From: a virus
Lineage: Duplodnaviria > Heunggongvirae > Uroviricota > Caudoviricetes
Virus record (IMG/VR): IMGVR_UViG_3300029253_000170
DNA: 4,399 nucleotides
Strand: one strand, 5' to 3'
The translations under genes were made by a program, and so were the position numbers. Position 1 is the first letter of the stretch. Each line of letters begins with the position of its first letter. Shown one piece after another: positions 1 through 4,399 of the stretch. The notes beneath the pieces are model-generated. The model ran no database searches. It saw nothing but the letters and a program-made list of their open reading frames with translations, and was not told the origin of the DNA.

Positions 1-2444
<2,444 letters not shown>

Positions 2445-2466
2445 TCGTCATGCTCCATAAACGACA

Positions 2467-2486
2467 AAACCGCCCGCAGGCGGTTT
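2467..2486 (-). terminator. Perfect 8-bp stem / 4-nt loop hairpin in the I-J intergenic spacer, followed on the minus-strand transcript by a U-rich tract (terminator-like or RNA-stability element)
   Basis: Plus strand aaaccgcc-cgca-ggcggttt: the arms 2467-2474 and 2479-2486 are exact reverse complements. On the minus-strand RNA this reads AAACCGCC-UGCG-GGCGGUUU followed by UGUCGUUUAUGG, i.e. stem-loop plus U-run. It lies 22 nt upstream of the J start codon. I recall the same hairpin at the equivalent lambda position. Function is not established. Confidence 0.35.
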
Positions 2487-2504
2487 CACATAAAACATTT
2501 TGCA

Positions 2505-3176
2505 TCAGCGACCAATCACCACAACCTGACCACCATCCCCTTCGTCTGCCGTGCTGATCTCCTGAGAAACCACCCGCGACCCCACACGCATTTCACCGTA
2601 CAGAACAGGCAGAACATTGCCCTGGGCAACCATGTTATCCAGTGAGGAGAAATAGGTGTTCTGCTTACCGTTATCCGTTGTCTGTGTGCGGGGAGTTCTG
2701 GCTTTAGGTGCCAGCATCTGAGCCACACCGCCGAGCACCATACTGGCACCGAGAGAAAACAGAATGCCGGTCATACCACCGGCCCCAATGGCTGTTCCCC
2801 ATGCTGCAAGGGTGGCTCCGGCGGTAAAGAATGATCCGGCAATGGCGGCTGCCCCCAGGACAATCTGGAATACGCCACCTGACTTGGCCCCGGCGACTCT
2901 GGGAACGATATGAATCACAGCGCCGTCAGGCAGAGCCTCATGTAACTGCGCCGTTAATCCGGACGTGCTGACATCCTGCCCGGCAATACGTACCTGATAC
3001 CAGCCGTCGCTCAGTTTCTGACGAAACGCAGGGAGCTGTGTGGCCAGCGCCCGGATGGCTTCGGCCCCCGTTTTCACACGAAGGTCGATGCGGCGGCCAA
3101 ATCGTTGTAAATCCCCGTAAAGGCAGATGCGTGCCATGCCCGGTGACGCCAGAGGGAGTGTGTGCGTCGCTGCCAT
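2505..3176 (-). CDS. I: Tail tip assembly protein I (gpI-like), 223 aa, complete
   Basis: Track ORF 2505..3176 starts MAATHTLPLASPGMARICLYGDLQRFGRRIDLRVKTGAEAIRALATQLPAFRQ and ends ...EISTADEGDGGQVVVIGR with TGA at 2507-2505. Length and sequence match lambda gpI as I recall it (ubiquitin-like N-terminal half, Gly/Ala-rich hydrophobic C-terminal half). AGAGG-like purine stretch about 11 nt upstream of the ATG. The start lies inside the 3' end of K, as in lambda. Confidence 0.93.
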   Translation of the reverse strand: MAATHTLPLASPGMARICLYGDLQRFGRRIDLRVKTGAEAIRALATQLPAFRQKLSDGWYQVRIAGQDVSTSGLTAQLHEALPDGAVIHIVPRVAGAKSGGVFQIVLGAAAIAGSFFTAGATLAAWGTAIGAGGMTGILFSLGASMVLGGVAQMLAPKARTPRTQTTDNGKQNTYFSSLDNMVAQGNVLPVLYGEMRVGSRVVSQEISTADEGDGGQVVVIGR

Positions 3177-3809
3177 TTGTCGGTATACCTCTCTCGTTTG
3201 CTCAGTTGTTCAGGAATATGGTGCAGCAGCTCGCCGTCACCACAGTAAATGGCGGCATGATTCGGCACAGATGAACCAAAACAGCACAGCAGCACATCGC
3301 CCGGCTGCGCCGCTGACAGCGNNNNNNNNNNNNNNNNNNNNATTATCCAGATAGAGATTCTGACCGTTACGCCACCAGTCATCCTCACGATGAAAATCCG
3401 GCATCTCAATCCCCGCCAGATGGTAAGCATCCCGGAACAGCGTGTAACAGTCCGTCACCCCGTGCTCAAAGAGCCGCCCGGTGAGATGCGGCACACAGCG
3501 GAATTTATGAATCGCCCCCCGGCAGACCAGCCACCACGGCAAATCACTCTGCACCTGCAACCGCCGGTCGGCCTCACTCAGCCAGGGCAGACCACCGGGA
3601 TGGCTGTGCACCAGCGCCACAATCTCACCCTGCATTTCTGCCCGCAGCCAGTCCTCCGGCGACATCCGGAAATACGCCTCCGGCTCACCGGAGATATTTA
3701 CGCAGGGAAGATATCTGTCTCCCTCCGGCGTTCTCACCACAAAGCCGCACGACTCCGCTGGCGCACATCGCCGGGCGTGCGCCAGAATCGCTGATTCTGT
3801 CTCTGTCAT
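3074..3809 (-). CDS. K: Tail tip assembly protein K (gpK-like), MPN/JAB metalloprotease domain plus NlpC/P60 peptidase domain; interrupted by N-run 3322-3341
   Basis: ATG at 3809-3807, 5 nt after the L stop codon. N-terminal 156 codons (track ORF 3237..3809) contain a textbook JAMM motif H68-S-H70-x7-S78-x2-D81 (HSHPGGLPWLSEAD, plus 3567-3608) followed by the start of an NlpC/P60 fold (GVTDCYTLFRDAYH, Cys121 codon 3449-3447). After the N-run the protein continues in another frame (track ORF 3074..3430: LSAAQPGDVLLCCFGSSVPNHAAIYCGDGELLHHIPEQ...) with the His-containing half of the NlpC/P60 fold, ending at TGA 3076-3074. Domain architecture matches what is established for lambda gpK. Confidence 0.88.
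3322..3341. other. Run of 20 N (assembly gap or masked segment) inside K
   Basis: Literal n characters. The last complete K codon before the run ends at 3342 (AAT, Asn156). The downstream frame resumes with a codon straddling 3322-3320, leaving 19 N in between, which is not a multiple of 3. Confidence 1.
3567..3608 (-). other. JAMM/MPN+ metal-binding motif (HxHx7Sx2D) within K
   Basis: Codons for H68-S-H70-PGGLPWL-S78-EA-D81 of K read directly from the sequence; plus 3606-3608 gtg is reverse-complement CAC (His68). Confidence 0.8.
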
Positions 3810-3814
3810 GGGAT

Positions 3815-4399
3815 TTACTGCGAAAGTTTGTTAATGGAAAGGAAGCCGCCAAAGTTGCCGACGTTATTGCGAAACTTACAGCCACTCAGGCATTTGCTGC
3901 ATTTATCCTTCGTGATATCGGTTGTCGGCTGGTCATATTCATCCGCGACAGCCGGACCGTGATAACCGCACTCATCACCGCGATAGGTCCAGGTGCAGGT
4001 GTTGGCCAGCATGATACGTCCCGGAAAAACAGCGCCATCCGTTTCCGTCGGCGTGGACAGTACAAAGGAGGCACTGACCGCGCTCAGTTCGCTGCACTGC
4101 TCGATGCGCCAGCGGCTGATCACCTCCTGCTCCGGATCGGCGTCGCTGTTTCCGTTGACGAAGTTCACCGCATCCAGAAAACGGGCATAAACCTTACGCC
4201 TGACCACCGTTCCGCCGACCAGACTCTGCAGGTCTTCCGCCATCCCGGTGACCATACCGTACAGGTTAGAAACCGTCAGCGTGGGGCGCGTACTGGTACC
4301 TTTGCCATTCAGTTCGAAACCACTCCCCTGAATGGGATACGCCTGATACTGTCGCCCCTGCCAGGTGACCGGCTCACCTTTTTCGTTCTGCTCATTACA
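3815..4399 (-). CDS. L: Tail tip protein L (gpL-like), 5'-truncated at window end; C-terminal ~194 codons present
   Basis: Reverse complement of 3815-4399 translates in one frame without stops from the window edge: CNEQNEKGEPVTWQGRQYQAYPIQGSGFELNGKGTSTRPTLTVSNLYGMVTGMAEDLQSLVGGTVVRRKVYARFLDAVNFVNGNSDADPEQEVISRWRIEQCSELSAVSASFVLSTPTETDGAVFPGRIMLANTCTWTYRGDECGYHGPAVADEYDQPTTDITKDKCSKCLSGCKFRNNVGNFGGFLSINKLSQ, then TAA at 3817-3815. Matches lambda gpL as I recall it. The Met at 4255 used by the ORF track is internal, not the true start. Confidence 0.93.
   Translation of the reverse strand, partial: CNEQNEKGEPVTWQGRQYQAYPIQGSGFELNGKGTSTRPTLTVSNLYGMVTGMAEDLQSLVGGTVVRRKVYARFLDAVNFVNGNSDADPEQEVISRWRIEQCSELSAVSASFVLSTPTETDGAVFPGRIMLANTCTWTYRGDECGYHGPAVADEYDQPTTDITKDKCSKCLSGCKFRNNVGNFGGFLSINKLSQ

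Noticed and set aside
2455-2458. Alternative upstream ATG (2458-2456) as the J start
   Set aside because: It is out of frame with J and would terminate quickly. The ATG at 2444 has the GGAG Shine-Dalgarno at proper spacing and gives the conserved MGKGSSKGH N-terminus.
3074-3430. Track ORF 3074..3430 (118 aa) as an independent gene
   Set aside because: Its N-terminal part (before the Xs) is an out-of-frame reading of K sequence; only the part downstream of the N-run is real, and it is the C-terminal NlpC/P60 half of K.
2516-4074. Minus-strand ORFs 2516..2749 (77 aa), 3685..3885 (66 aa) and 3886..4074 (62 aa)
   Set aside because: Out-of-frame ORFs nested inside I, at the K/L junction and inside L respectively; no recognisable sequence features, and the overlapping frames encode the conserved proteins.
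3815-4255. L starting at the Met at 4255 as given by the ORF track
   Set aside because: The same frame stays open upstream to the window edge and encodes conserved gpL sequence, so the gene is 5'-truncated by the window, not a 146-aa protein.

Overview
The whole window is the tail-tip assembly/host-specificity module of a lambda-like (lambdoid) siphophage or prophage, encoded entirely on the minus strand. In transcription order (high to low coordinates) it holds L (5' end outside the window), K, I and about the first 810 codons of J (3' end outside the window). I recognise the translations as essentially the lambda proteins gpL, gpK, gpI and gpJ; this is from memory, not a database search, so exact identity is unverified. 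Gene spacing follows the lambda layout: the L stop lies 5 nt before the K start, K and I overlap out of frame by 103 nt, and a 60-nt I-J spacer contains a perfect hairpin. Three runs of N (869-909, 2258-2271, 3322-3341) interrupt J twice and K once, and the reading frame differs on either side of each run, so the masked lengths are not codon-preserving or hide real indels. All plus-strand ORFs in the track are antisense artefacts of these genes. I see no RNA genes, CRISPR arrays, insertion sequences or room for an additional unannotated system; the most notable biology is the set of conserved features inside known tail-tip genes. The receptor-binding C-terminus of J is outside the window, so host range cannot be assessed.
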